Source: a virus (lineage: Duplodnaviria; Caudoviricetes). Taken from it: a stretch of 56,040 nt of DNA. The position numbers and the translations under genes are program-made. The notes under the pieces are model-generated. The model had not been told where the DNA came from. It did no database searches and saw only the letters and a program-made list of their open reading frames with translations. Shown here in pieces: positions 9,701-19,318 of this stretch. The DNA is taken from positions 1 to 56,040 of IMG/VR virus record IMGVR_UViG_3300045256_000426; one strand, given 5' to 3'. Each line of letters opens with the position of its first letter. The first letter of the stretch is position 1.

Positions 9701-10465
9701 CTACCCTCCGGGCTGGAGGATCTGGAGGATCTCGGGATCCTGGAGAGCACGATCCGCAGCTTCATCGAAGGTTGCGGGAGTATCCTTGGAAGGAGCGGCA
9801 ACGACGCGGCGGGCGGTAATAGCCGGCTGGAGGAGTTCCTCCTTGGCCTTCTTGTACGCGGCCTCGTGGGCCTCTTTCTTCGCGGCCTCGATCGCCGTCT
9901 TGGTCCGCCGCTCTTCGGTCATGAGCTTGTGTGCCCAGTCCAAACGTGGGATGTAGTTTGCCCGGGCGAACTGTACGAGCTCTTCCTCGTTCAGGTCCGG
10001 GTCCTGCTGCTTGAGGAACGACAGCACTCGCCGATGTTGATCGGCGATATACGCGGTTTCATACATCTGTTGTTTGGCCTCGGCAGCCCTAACCCGCTGA
10101 TCGGCTTCGGTCAGCTTCGCTTCCAAGGACTGGAGACGTTCGGAGAGCTTTCGCGCGATCGGGTCGCGCTCCAGCATCTCGTCAATCTCGTCTCGGGATG
10201 CCATCGGGTTCTGCGCGAAAAGCTGCTTGGCCAATTCGGTCAGCTTGGCTTCTGCGTCGAGCCGTGCGGCTTCCCACTCTGCTTGCTTCTGTTCGAAGTT
10301 ACGTCGCTGGGCCGCGAGTGCCGCCGTCTTCTGGCGGTAGTCCCGTTCCAGCATCGTGTTCTTCCGAAGATCACCGAGGGTGGTCTCCACCCCATCCGCG
10401 AGGGTAATCTTCGTTGTGTCGGGATAGCTGTCTTTGTTGTTAAGGATATCTTCGAGTGTGGCCAT
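9701..10465 (-). CDS. Capsid scaffolding protein
   Basis: GVETTLGDLRK...DYRQKTAALA pattern, charged coiled coil; immediately upstream of the capsid gene. Confidence 0.75.
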   Translation of the reverse strand: MATLEDILNNKDSYPDTTKITLADGVETTLGDLRKNTMLERDYRQKTAALAAQRRNFEQKQAEWEAARLDAEAKLTELAKQLFAQNPMASRDEIDEMLERDPIARKLSERLQSLEAKLTEADQRVRAAEAKQQMYETAYIADQHRRVLSFLKQQDPDLNEEELVQFARANYIPRLDWAHKLMTEERRTKTAIEAAKKEAHEAAYKKAKEELLQPAITARRVVAAPSKDTPATFDEAADRALQDPEILQILQPGG

Positions 10466-10573
10466 GTACTATGCCGTTCTCCTGCTGCGAGGTCGAGTGT
10501 GGCAGAGGGGTTTCTGCTCTCGAATCGCTTGGCAAAAGGGGGAACGAAACGCGGACGAGAATGGTACGCCGGG

Positions 10574-11014
10574 TTATCCGGCGCCGAACCCGCCCGAAGG
10601 AACACCAGGAGGAAGACCCTCCGCGCCCATAGTCATACCCATCATCGGGGGAGGCGCGAACTGGTCCTGGCTCTTCTGGAGTTCTACCTTTGCGGACAAC
10701 AGCTGGCGAGCAACCTGGTGCAGGGTGCCTGCCAGTTTGGGGTTCCACGTCGTCACTTGCGGAAGGGACCGCAGCACCAGCTGGTGGGCGAGATCAAGTG
10801 CCTCATCCACCTTGGCCATGGACTCCGTGGGGTTTGCGTTGGACTTCGGCAGCAGCCCGTCGAGGGCATTCATCGCCGTGTCGACCATGGGGTTGCCGCC
10901 CTGGGGTAAATTGCCGGGGGCAGACGGAACAGGAGGAAGACCCCCGGGAAGCCCTTGCTGGATACCGGGTGACATCGCCGGCAGCGTTGGATCGTACATA
11001 GACCCCGAGGGCAT
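10574..11014 (-). CDS. Pro-rich hypothetical protein (head module)
   Basis: SD AGGAGGT before ATG; 146 aa. Confidence 0.65.
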   Translation of the reverse strand: MPSGSMYDPTLPAMSPGIQQGLPGGLPPVPSAPGNLPQGGNPMVDTAMNALDGLLPKSNANPTESMAKVDEALDLAHQLVLRSLPQVTTWNPKLAGTLHQVARQLLSAKVELQKSQDQFAPPPMMGMTMGAEGLPPGVPSGGFGAG

Positions 11015-11024
11015 GGGTTACCTC

Positions 11025-11231
11025 CTAGTAGCCTTTCTTGCCGCCCTTCCGGGCGCCCTTGGTCTTGTTCAACCCGAGCACATCCGGGACCGAAACCTTC
11101 TCGATCGCGTTACGCACTGGTTCGGGACCAAGATTCTTGCCCGGCTTCGTGTACAGTGGACCAAGGAAACCGTGCGAATCGGTACCGTCCGCCGTCTTCG
11201 CGGGGCGGACGTCTCTGGCCTCTGACGCCAT
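11025..11231 (-). CDS. Small basic hypothetical protein
   Basis: AAAGGA SD before ATG at 11231; the longer ORF-track version overlaps other genes. Confidence 0.55.
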   Translation of the reverse strand: MASEARDVRPAKTADGTDSHGFLGPLYTKPGKNLGPEPVRNAIEKVSVPDVLGLNKTKGARKGGKKGY

Positions 11232-11257
11232 GGGAATTCCTTTCTGGCGAGGGAGTT

Positions 11258-11452
11258 TTAGCCTCGCCGGGTATGGGCACGACGTCCGGCGGGACGGCGT
11301 GCCTTCTTGCGGCCGGGCGCGGAGCGTTCCACTCCCCCCGCAAATTCGGATAACTGGGACTCGGACATTCCGGTCTTGGTGGGCTTGCCAGCACGGAGTC
11401 GACCGAGCTCTGCACCCATAAAACGACGTTGTCTCTCGCTGACCGCTGGCAC
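11258..11452 (-). CDS. Small basic protein of the MPAxSxxQxRFM type
   Basis: MPAVSERQRRFMGAEL...GMSESQLSEFA; GGAGG SD; GTG start. Confidence 0.65.
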   Translation of the reverse strand: MPAVSERQRRFMGAELGRLRAGKPTKTGMSESQLSEFAGGVERSAPGRKKARRPAGRRAHTRRG

Positions 11453-11463
11453 GATGGTCCTCC

Positions 11464-11655
11464 CTAGATGTAGATCCCCTGTTCGGCGACAGTCCGCAGT
11501 CCGTGCTGGAAAAGACGGAATGCCTCCGCGCGGGATTTTCCCTCGATCTGGTTTGCGGGGATATCGACCGACGTCTCACGACCGCCGACAACACCACGGA
11601 CGGTATACCATTCCCCCCGCTTATCTACGGAACGAATCCCGACGATGCTATCCAT
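11464..11655 (-). CDS. Hypothetical protein
   Basis: 63 aa; start overlaps the upstream stop. Confidence 0.55.
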   Translation of the reverse strand: MDSIVGIRSVDKRGEWYTVRGVVGGRETSVDIPANQIEGKSRAEAFRLFQHGLRTVAEQGIYI

Positions 11656-12097
11656 GGATGTTCACCCGGACAATTCTCCGATCCGTAATGACAAGTAGCC
11701 CACCCGGGACGTCACGGATATCCTTCACCGTCTCGCCGTTAGATACGGCAAACAAGGTTTCGATGGTTCCGGCCCGGGTCTCGACGATTCTTGCCTCCAC
11801 CGACGGAGAGGGGGCCGCGCCCGACGCCACCGTTCGCCGCGAGGTAAGCGTTTGGTTCCACTTCTCTTCGCTCGTAAAGTTCAGCATGCTGCCACAGACG
11901 TGACACAACGGGGGAGCAGCACCGTCCGCTGGCGGAGCGTCGCCGACGGGGGCGAAGTTCTCAGGTTTGCACTGGGATGGGTCCGAGATCGCAATCTTAC
12001 TGCGGTAGCGAGTTTCCCCGCACGTAGTACAAATCGCGAGAATGGTCACCGGCGAAAGGGTACTCGTCTCTCTCGTCTTCGTCGCGGTGTCGGCCAC
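11648..12097 (-). CDS. Zn-ribbon hypothetical protein
   Basis: CTTCG and CHVCG pairs; starts right after the portal stop. Confidence 0.65.
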   Translation of the reverse strand: MADTATKTRETSTLSPVTILAICTTCGETRYRSKIAISDPSQCKPENFAPVGDAPPADGAAPPLCHVCGSMLNFTSEEKWNQTLTSRRTVASGAAPSPSVEARIVETRAGTIETLFAVSNGETVKDIRDVPGGLLVITDRRIVRVNIHG

Positions 12098-12098
12098 G

Positions 12099-13889
12099 TT
12101 ATGCCTTTCTCTTGGAGTGCATCTTGGCCATCATCTGGGCCTGTGCTGCCTGGGCTTCGGTCTGGTCCATACGAGCGGAAACCTCTTCCCAGTTCGGCCA
12201 GCCCAGTGCTTCAAGCACGCTCTTCCGGTCGATCGCACGAAGGCGGAACAATGCCAATCCCAGTCTCTTCAGCATCGTCCGGCTCATCACCTGGAACGAC
12301 GCGGGATCCACGTAGACGTGGTAGTTCTCGGGATTTTCGATGGGCTGCCACATGACGGGTGCGAAGTGCTCACCCTCGACGGAGGGGATCGCCCGTGGCG
12401 TGGTATAGTTCTTCGCCATCATCGCGAACAGATATTCCGCAATGCGCTGAACCGTGTAGTACAGCAATCGGGAGCGCAACCTCGTCGGGGCTTGCGACTG
12501 GCTGACTTCCGTCTCCGTGAGCTCCGGAGACACGTTTCCCCTCGCCGAAACACCCATGCGGGCATCCGGGAAGCCGAGGAGCCGGCGCTGCATATCCAGC
12601 ATGCGCCAGGGGCTTTGGACCATGTCCGGAGGCATCGGAGGGGGATACTTGATGTCGAACGAGCTCCCCTGGTTGATCGTGACGATCTGTCCGGGGATAC
12701 CGGTGAAGCTCTCCCAGTCGACGCCGGTGTTTGTCGAGGCGACATAGATGCCGTTGTTGAGACGGATCGCGTTCTCGACGATCGCGCTCATCAACTTGTC
12801 GGCAGCTAGCTGGAGCTCCGACGTCTGCTGGACGAAGCCCGTACCCCAGAACCGACCGAGCGGCGGTTCGAGCACCACACGGAAGATTCCGAAATGGCCT
12901 CGGGGATTCGGGTTCGGGCCATCGAAGAGGATGACGCCGTTGGCGCCGATGATACGACGGCCGTTCGGGTACTTCGCCTGGATCTTCGAGCGGTAGGTCG
13001 GTTGTCCAGTCGAGTCTACGCCATCCGGTTCCAGCACGGTCTCGACGCTATCGTCGTTGACGATGCAGTCGAGGACACGGGCACGGCCCTTCTTGTAGCC
13101 GGGGAGGGAGCGGCCCACGAGGGAGGTATCCGACAACGGGCCTTCGTACTGTGCCCAAGCTACGCCACCGTCGATCGCAGAGATTCGCTTCGTACTCTTG
13201 TCCTTGATCGACCAACGGTCCTCCGGACGAACCCGCATCCCCTCGGTGGGGAACAGGCGTCGGATCTCCTGAATGTCCATGACCGTCTCGACGATGACGT
13301 ACTGCCATCGCTTATCGTCGATGGCGTCCGGATCCGGGAGGATGTAGCGGGGATCGACATCATCTACGATCAGGTCGCCCATCCCGTGGAAGCCGTCCGG
13401 ATCCCACTGGCCACGAATGAAGCCGGTCCCGCAGATCAGCGCCCAGCAGACGGCATAGGCGAGTTTCAGGTTGATCTGCTCCCGCGCCCAACACGCGCGC
13501 AGCGCCCGCTCGACCTGCTCGTCGCGCTGGCCCGTACGCGGATCCCGCATGACGTAGATACGAAGATCCGAGTCGGACAGATCCGAGGCCTCCGAGAGAA
13601 TCAACGTACGGAGCTCGTTGATAACTACCGGAGGCTTGTAGGTGGGCATGTCGTGGGACCAATGCTTCCCGTAGAACATGTCCATCCACCGGTTGAAGTG
13701 GTGGAAGGCGGCCTCTTGCTGGCGGACGCGCTCCGACTCGTCGGCCATGTCTTCCAGCCACGCCCAGAGCTCTTGCTCGCCGGGGCGCGGCGGAGGACCA
13801 GCGCTCTCGCCCGTACGAGTGTCCGGCGGGCTAGACGGATCGGAAGGGAGCAGCAGCGGAAACGAGGGGGAAGAGGGAGAAGGGGGCAC
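12099..13889 (-). CDS. Portal protein
   Basis: 596 aa; FYGKHW, PPVVINEL, ALICGTGF, VDPRYILPDPDA, RFWGTG motifs of P22-like portals; between terminase and capsid genes. Confidence 0.9.
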   Translation of the reverse strand: MPPSPSSPSFPLLLPSDPSSPPDTRTGESAGPPPRPGEQELWAWLEDMADESERVRQQEAAFHHFNRWMDMFYGKHWSHDMPTYKPPVVINELRTLILSEASDLSDSDLRIYVMRDPRTGQRDEQVERALRACWAREQINLKLAYAVCWALICGTGFIRGQWDPDGFHGMGDLIVDDVDPRYILPDPDAIDDKRWQYVIVETVMDIQEIRRLFPTEGMRVRPEDRWSIKDKSTKRISAIDGGVAWAQYEGPLSDTSLVGRSLPGYKKGRARVLDCIVNDDSVETVLEPDGVDSTGQPTYRSKIQAKYPNGRRIIGANGVILFDGPNPNPRGHFGIFRVVLEPPLGRFWGTGFVQQTSELQLAADKLMSAIVENAIRLNNGIYVASTNTGVDWESFTGIPGQIVTINQGSSFDIKYPPPMPPDMVQSPWRMLDMQRRLLGFPDARMGVSARGNVSPELTETEVSQSQAPTRLRSRLLYYTVQRIAEYLFAMMAKNYTTPRAIPSVEGEHFAPVMWQPIENPENYHVYVDPASFQVMSRTMLKRLGLALFRLRAIDRKSVLEALGWPNWEEVSARMDQTEAQAAQAQMMAKMHSKRKA

Positions 13890-13896
13890 GGTACGC

Positions 13897-14406
13897 CTAT
13901 GCCATCACGTAGTTATCGAGGTACCACTTCACGAGCTCGCCAACAGGCATCTCCATCCGAGCATCCTGCTCAAGCACGAAGTAGCTGACGATCGCTTCGA
14001 CGGTTCTCTCGACGGGTTCGCTGCGGCCGTGGGCAAGGTTGGTGAGTTTGGTGCTATGCGGTTCGCCAAGCGCCTTCACGGCTAAGGTCGGATCGATGCT
14101 CGTCGGCCATCCTCTTTCGGACAACCCAATCGGGCTCATCTGCCAGACCATGGATACGCTGGAATCGGGGGGCGTGGTTTCCGCATAGAAAATAGACTCG
14201 GGGCTCGGCCAAGGGGTTTTTGTTTCGACCGTGGCCGTAGCAGACATGTCGGAGGTAGACGGCGCCAGCTCGCTGTCGGAGAGAGCCTCCGGCGCTGCAT
14301 CGCTCCCCGGTTTCCGGGTCTTCCCATCCGCACGACCACGTCTCGTGAACAGGGGGCTTCGGTACTCTCGTAGAGCGTTGGATAGCTTCCATCCTTTACG
14401 CGGCAT
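13897..14406 (-). CDS. Hypothetical protein
   Basis: 169 aa; AAGGAAGG before ATG. Confidence 0.55.
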   Translation of the reverse strand: MPRKGWKLSNALREYRSPLFTRRGRADGKTRKPGSDAAPEALSDSELAPSTSDMSATATVETKTPWPSPESIFYAETTPPDSSVSMVWQMSPIGLSERGWPTSIDPTLAVKALGEPHSTKLTNLAHGRSEPVERTVEAIVSYFVLEQDARMEMPVGELVKWYLDNYVMA

Positions 14407-14563
14407 CCTTCCTTGTCTCTTTCGTGGAAGATGGGGTTGTGGGGGAGAGGTGCCACACCACGTCGAGCTCGTTCTTCTCGTTCAGGGTGTGGTGTGGGAG
14501 AAAACAGGACTCGCCATTGCAGCAGGGGCAGCCACAGTAGGGGGGCCGAGGTAGGGGGAGCAT
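14396..14563 (-). CDS. Small Cys/His-rich protein (55 aa, not in ORF track)
   Basis: Manual translation MLPLPRPPYCGCPCCNGESCFLPHH...; fills the gap in the operon. Confidence 0.4.
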   Translation of the reverse strand: MLPLPRPPYCGCPCCNGESCFLPHHTLNEKNELDVVWHLSPTTPSSTKETRKDAA

Positions 14564-14593
14564 GGGGAGGGGGGAGAGGGGTGGGTGGGTGGA

Positions 14594-14800
14594 TTACGCG
14601 GGTTGGAAGTAGCGACCCAGCAGCGTCTTATCGACCGCGCGCATCCCACCGCAGTATCCACAGCGGAACACCCAGACACCCGGCTTGTAATTCGGACCGA
14701 ACGATGGGTCGGCTTCCCGCAAGGGGCGCATCTCACGGCGGCACTCGTTGCCACTCGGAAGGATCGTCATGCAGCGTGGAAGAAGGTAGCGACGGGACAT
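14594..14800 (-). CDS. Small Zn-binding protein
   Basis: C...C and CGYCGG; starts just after the terminase stop. Confidence 0.6.
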   Translation of the reverse strand: MSRRYLLPRCMTILPSGNECRREMRPLREADPSFGPNYKPGVWVFRCGYCGGMRAVDKTLLGRYFQPA

Positions 14801-14803
14801 CTT

Positions 14804-16522
14804 CTAGCTCTGCATCCAGTTCGCGATGGCCTTCTTGGCCTTCTCGCGAAGAATCGTTTGGATTCGTTTCTTGCCGGTCTGGTCGAAGCCGGAAACGATG
14901 GAGAGCCCGTGGTCGGGAGCCTCGGTCCCATCCTCCCGGGTGTATACCCGCGCTGCCGCCGCTCCGATATGGTTCTCTTCGCGCGTACGCAGCGCCAACA
15001 GCAACGCGAGGACCCGGTCGTCGTGCCCTACCTCGGCCTCGTACTTGCCGTTATCCTGGCGGGAGAAATGCTTGATCTCGTCGAGCGTGCTGCTGTCGTG
15101 GAGCGTGATGAGGCGCGTATTGATCGCGCGACGACCCGCTTCGATGAGGAGCGGACGGCTGTAGACGTTGGTGACCCAGCCCCACAACTTGGCGTTCGCT
15201 TTCTGGAAATGGTCAGGCTTACCACGCCAGGGATGGAACCGGGGGTAGTTGTGGACCCGGAGCAGATAGTCCTGGATCGCGAGGCCCGTGCTCTGCACCT
15301 CGACGTTGACGATTGCGGTGTTGTACCAGCGCCCTAGCTTGTTGATGATACGGGACATGTCCCAAGGGGCAATGGCACCGTGGACGATCGCGACCTGTTC
15401 GATCGTATCCATGTCGAGGACCTGGGCGCAGGCGTAGTCGCCGGTTTCTTTGCCCTCGCGATATACGAAGCCGGTATCGACGCCGATCGCGTACTGGTGG
15501 CCGGCCTGCGGCCTCTTCCAGATCTGGATCTCACCGGACGCGTCTTCGAGTAGCTGATCTCCATGACAGGTCAGCCGCTCGGCCGGTGGCTTGATGTTGG
15601 GCTGCTGGGCGAGGATCGCGAGATGATCGAATGCCGGGAGCCCTCGGCTGATGAAGGCTTCCTCGGCCGTCGAGGGATATTCCTGGTGGAACATCTCGAT
15701 CATGCCTTCGCAGGTTGTCGCGATCTGGTTGCGCCGCCAACGGAGACTGCGGCCGTCGAGCCCAAGATCGCCGAAGACCTTCACCAGGAGTTTCTCTTCC
15801 TCGTCCCACTCGGACTCCGGGACCGGCGGGTCCTCCCGGTACTTCGGCATGATGAACCACGGGATGAAGATGGGACGGAAACGAGAGCGCCCATCTACCG
15901 CCATCTTCCATTGCTTGTAGAAGAGCTCGCCTTGCCCGGCGACCCCGTTCGCCGTACTCTCCAGGATGAAGATCGTATCGGGTAGATACGGTACCGCCTG
16001 CGACAACCCGACGAACACTTCCGGGTGAGGCCAGAACGCAAGCTCGGAGGCATGGACGCAGGTTTGCGTGGTACCTCGGCCCTTGCTCGCGATACCGGCG
16101 GAGATAACCTTGAACCGCGAAACACCGCCCGGCAGCGGAAGCACGAGCTCTTTCATCTTCGAGGGTGTAAGCTTCGGCAGCGGCAGGTAGTCGTAGAACC
16201 GCTTGGCCGTCTCGAAGATCGCCGTTGTGCTATCGAGGTCCTGGGCGATGACGAGGCTGTGTGTATTGGCGTGTTCGAGGGTACGTGTGAAGACGAGGGC
16301 CTCGAAGAACGTACTCGCGTAGACCTGACGCCCCTTGAGCACTATGAACCAGAGCGGATCGTGGTTATCGAGACGAGGAGCGATCGGCCTCCACAGGATC
16401 TTCTGGCTATCCGAGAAACGAAGAGGGACGATACGACTCCGTTCGTCTCGGATGAAGAGACCCTGCATCGCCCGCAGGTACGCTGCGGAGCGAGACAGGC
16501 GGGGGGTAGAGACGGCGGTTAT
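14804..16522 (-). CDS. terL: Terminase large subunit (first ATG at 16468; possible ATA start at 16522)
   Basis: LKGRQVYAST Walker A variant, VHASELAFW Walker B, ILESTANG coupling motif, RNase H-like IGVDTG...GDY...HDDRVLA. Confidence 0.95.
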   Translation of the reverse strand: MTAVSTPRLSRSAAYLRAMQGLFIRDERSRIVPLRFSDSQKILWRPIAPRLDNHDPLWFIVLKGRQVYASTFFEALVFTRTLEHANTHSLVIAQDLDSTTAIFETAKRFYDYLPLPKLTPSKMKELVLPLPGGVSRFKVISAGIASKGRGTTQTCVHASELAFWPHPEVFVGLSQAVPYLPDTIFILESTANGVAGQGELFYKQWKMAVDGRSRFRPIFIPWFIMPKYREDPPVPESEWDEEEKLLVKVFGDLGLDGRSLRWRRNQIATTCEGMIEMFHQEYPSTAEEAFISRGLPAFDHLAILAQQPNIKPPAERLTCHGDQLLEDASGEIQIWKRPQAGHQYAIGVDTGFVYREGKETGDYACAQVLDMDTIEQVAIVHGAIAPWDMSRIINKLGRWYNTAIVNVEVQSTGLAIQDYLLRVHNYPRFHPWRGKPDHFQKANAKLWGWVTNVYSRPLLIEAGRRAINTRLITLHDSSTLDEIKHFSRQDNGKYEAEVGHDDRVLALLLALRTREENHIGAAAARVYTREDGTEAPDHGLSIVSGFDQTGKKRIQTILREKAKKAIANWMQS

Positions 16523-17178
16523 GGGAGGGGGATCCTTCCTAGTTGGCCGGCGGCCTGCTCGGCCGCGCTACGATCGAGGATGTTCTGTGCCATGTGGTGT
16601 AGGGCTTGGTGCCAGGGCAGCCACGTAGAATCCGGGTAGGCCGGCGTGACACCCTTCTCCATCATGCGCGTGAAGATCGGGTAGCCATACTTTTCGGGCA
16701 TCCCGAACTGGCCACGGTTCACGCTGTAAAGTCCATGTAGGGCTTCGTGGACCATAGCAAGGGGACGATCTGCCGGGTTGAGCTTCGGGAGCGCCTGGAG
16801 AAGAACATCGGTACCTTCGGGGATAATCCCGAGTCTCGCGGCTTCCGGCGTCAGATTTCGATTCAGCATCCACGCAAGAGGTAGCCGATCCCCGGCTTGA
16901 TTGAGAAACTGCTGGACAACCGGGGGAACATCGTGTATCGTCGAGAAGGTAAACTTCGCGGGATTACGCGCGAGGGCGGAGTACACACGTGGTGCTACCT
17001 GCCGTAGCTCGCTGGCGAGCGGATGCATCGGGTTCGTCACGATCGCCGGAGAGGGCGCCAGTCCCGCGTTTGGATCGCGGGCTCCCGCGCGGATGATGGC
17101 ATCTACCCACGGAATCCCCGTGGGCTTGAACGAATCATCGAGACGCAACGGCGCGTCGGGGGTACCAGCGTATGGCAT
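16519..17178 (-). CDS. HExxH zinc-metallopeptidase-like protein
   Basis: AMVHEALHGLY motif. Confidence 0.55.
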   Translation of the reverse strand: MPYAGTPDAPLRLDDSFKPTGIPWVDAIIRAGARDPNAGLAPSPAIVTNPMHPLASELRQVAPRVYSALARNPAKFTFSTIHDVPPVVQQFLNQAGDRLPLAWMLNRNLTPEAARLGIIPEGTDVLLQALPKLNPADRPLAMVHEALHGLYSVNRGQFGMPEKYGYPIFTRMMEKGVTPAYPDSTWLPWHQALHHMAQNILDRSAAEQAAGQLGRIPLP

Positions 17179-17196
17179 GGGCGAAGGAGGGGTGGG

Positions 17197-17376
17197 CTAG
17201 TTGTCGTTCTCGGCGCCGCTCGGCCAACCCACGCCGGGCTGCGTGTCCTTGCTCTCGTTCCGGTCTCTCTGAGCTTCGTTGCTCATCTGCCGCTCGTTGC
17301 CCATGGCGCTAAGCAGATGCTCCATGTCTGCGGACTTCCGTCCCGTCTTGATGAAGGCACTACCTCGTTTCGACAT
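17197..17376 (-). CDS. Small hypothetical protein
   Basis: AAGGGG before ATG at 17376; 59 aa. Confidence 0.5.
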   Translation of the reverse strand: MSKRGSAFIKTGRKSADMEHLLSAMGNERQMSNEAQRDRNESKDTQPGVGWPSGAENDN

Positions 17377-17788
17377 ATGCTTCCCCTTCTTCCTCTTCGG
17401 CCTCGGCCTCTTCTTCGTCCATGAATTCGCTCGCGTCGAACGGCACCGCACCGTCGTAGACGGAGCCGGACGCGGAATCTTCTTTCGCGCGGTAGTCACC
17501 CTGATCGGGCAGCACGTCCACGTTACCGTGCAGGTAATCCTGGTACCGCTCCCAGATCTCCCGGTCGAAAGCACCGCGCGCCTTCTCTTCGGCGACGGCC
17601 GCGAACATCGCGTGGCGGTCGCTCTCGATCGCCAGCTTGAGCAGGGAATAGGCATTACAGAAACCCGATAGGGTCTCCCAATCCGTGAGCACCTTGTCGC
17701 GCAGGGCCTCGAAGCCCTTCACGCGACCCTTCTCGGCGATGGTCTTCGGGATATCCCGGAAGAAACCGGCAGGACTAGTGCGGGCCAT
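17360..17788 (-). CDS. Hypothetical protein with acidic C-terminus
   Basis: GGAGGG SD; 142 aa. Confidence 0.6.
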   Translation of the reverse strand: MARTSPAGFFRDIPKTIAEKGRVKGFEALRDKVLTDWETLSGFCNAYSLLKLAIESDRHAMFAAVAEEKARGAFDREIWERYQDYLHGNVDVLPDQGDYRAKEDSASGSVYDGAVPFDASEFMDEEEAEAEEEEGEAYVETR

Positions 17789-17790
17789 TT

Positions 17791-18072
17791 CTACCCCTCC
17801 TCGGCGAGCAGCGAGGATGCGAGTCTACGCGCTGCCATTCGACGTTCCGACAGGGCGAGATCCTCATCGCTCTTGTAGAACGCCTTCCGGAACTTGAGCT
17901 CCTGCCAGATCTCCTGTTGATCCTGGGCCAGCTTCGTAATATCCGCCCGTACGACCGTCCACGGCTTGTACACGTAGCGATAGACCACGTAGGCAACGCC
18001 TACCGTCGTGAAGAGCCATGCGGCGGACATGAAGCCAAGAAGGATTTCCATGTGGTACCTCGTAGTATCCAC
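17791..18072 (-). CDS. Single-pass membrane protein
   Basis: Hydrophobic ILLGFMSAAWLFTTVGVAYVVY then coiled coil. Confidence 0.6.
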   Translation of the reverse strand: MDTTRYHMEILLGFMSAAWLFTTVGVAYVVYRYVYKPWTVVRADITKLAQDQQEIWQELKFRKAFYKSDEDLALSERRMAARRLASSLLAEEG

Positions 18073-18094
18073 TCCCGGGGCGGGATGGTACTAC
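18073..18094 (-). promoter_or_regulatory. GTAGTRCCATCCCGCCCCGGGA motif, minus-strand copy
   Basis: 21 of 22 bases identical to the copies within 21669-21704 and 22513-22548; intergenic, just downstream of the sigma gene. Confidence 0.5.
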
Positions 18095-18121
18095 TCGTCT
18101 ATCGTCCTCTCGTCTATCGTC

Positions 18122-19312
18122 CTAACGAGGCGTTGGTTCTTGTGGGGTTGGAGGGAGGGAATCTAGGAACGAGGCGGCGGCGGGGTCCGCCGGCGCGATC
18201 TTGTCCGGGGACAGGGAGCCACGAGGAGCACGCGCGGGCTTTTTCGGCGGAGCAGCGATGGGCTCGCCGGCGAGTTCGTTGATGATGCTGCGAATCTTAT
18301 CGAGTGCCTGGTTGTACTGCTGGGCGAGTCGCTGCTGGCGGACTCCCATCTGTCGGGCGATGGCCGAGACGCTCTGTCCGCCTTGGACGGCGAGGAGGAG
18401 CTCCCGGTCCTTCGGGTCGAGTTGTCCTAGGGCCTTGTCGAATAGCTGGTACTTTTCTTGGTCTCCCGCCGCTTGGAATACCTTCTCGACGTCGGGAGCT
18501 ACAGACAGTTCCGGGCGCGGCTCGGCCCTGGGAGATTGTTCGCCGCCGGGGATAGGACGAAGGCGGATCCAGCTTTTCTTCGACTCGGTAGTGGGAGCGA
18601 ACTCTGGTGTCTGGAAGGGAGATACCGGGTTCGGGCGGTCTATTCCCGCGAGAACATCCTCGACTTCCTGCTGGGAAATCGGGGTACCCGTTCGGTTGAG
18701 ATACTTTGTGATGCCGGCGGAAGACGGCTCAAACCCGCCGTACTTCGCGGAAGCGGCGCGCAGCTTGTCTTGCGCTGCTCGCACCATCTGGGCCTTATCC
18801 AAGAACTCTTCCGAAGGGGGGACAATCCGATTTATCGACTGCGCCCATCGCTTGACATCCCGTTGCATCTTGGGATAGATCCAATTGGCAAACTCTTCCA
18901 GGTTCTCTTCGATGGGCTTCCCGAAGTTGGCGGCATTCTCCGTATAGCTACGAAGGGCTTCCTGTATCGCGTCCGAGCGCATCGAAGGATTGCCGACGCT
19001 GTAGCGCCGGGAGATGGAACGAACGAGCGGAACGATCCGCTGGGGGAGGGAAGACAACGCTTGGGAGGTCCTGGAGAGCGCTTGTGGGGCCCTGGCGGCG
19101 CCGGGCCCGACGAGGGTCGCGAGACCGACGATATCCCGTAGTGTATCGCCCACGCGAGTACCTACCGTCTCCTGCGATGGTGTCTCCGCGGGGAATATAA
19201 CATCCCGCATGAAGTGGGAAAAGTCCTCGAGGGAGATCGGGCTCTGGGACGAGTAGACGTCGAGCGCCTGACTCTCGGGATCGACTCGCGGGGTGGTGGC
19301 CGCTACGGGCAT
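18122..19312 (-). CDS. Sigma70-family (FliA/SigB/WhiG-like) RNA polymerase sigma factor with N- and C-terminal extensions
   Basis: Region 2-like LVRSISRRY...SDAIQEAL...FANWIYPKM; region 3-like EPSSAGITKYL...ISQQEVEDVL; region 4 ALGQLDPKDRELL...SVSAIARQMGVRQQRLAQQYNQALDKIR. Confidence 0.8.
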   Translation of the reverse strand: MPVAATTPRVDPESQALDVYSSQSPISLEDFSHFMRDVIFPAETPSQETVGTRVGDTLRDIVGLATLVGPGAARAPQALSRTSQALSSLPQRIVPLVRSISRRYSVGNPSMRSDAIQEALRSYTENAANFGKPIEENLEEFANWIYPKMQRDVKRWAQSINRIVPPSEEFLDKAQMVRAAQDKLRAASAKYGGFEPSSAGITKYLNRTGTPISQQEVEDVLAGIDRPNPVSPFQTPEFAPTTESKKSWIRLRPIPGGEQSPRAEPRPELSVAPDVEKVFQAAGDQEKYQLFDKALGQLDPKDRELLLAVQGGQSVSAIARQMGVRQQRLAQQYNQALDKIRSIINELAGEPIAAPPKKPARAPRGSLSPDKIAPADPAAASFLDSLPPTPQEPTPR

Positions 19313-19318
19313 GGGATC

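Noticed and set aside
7981-10909. Long plus-strand ORFs (612 aa, 415 aa) and other antisense ORFs
   Set aside because: Shadow frames of high-GC capsid and scaffold genes; no motifs or SD
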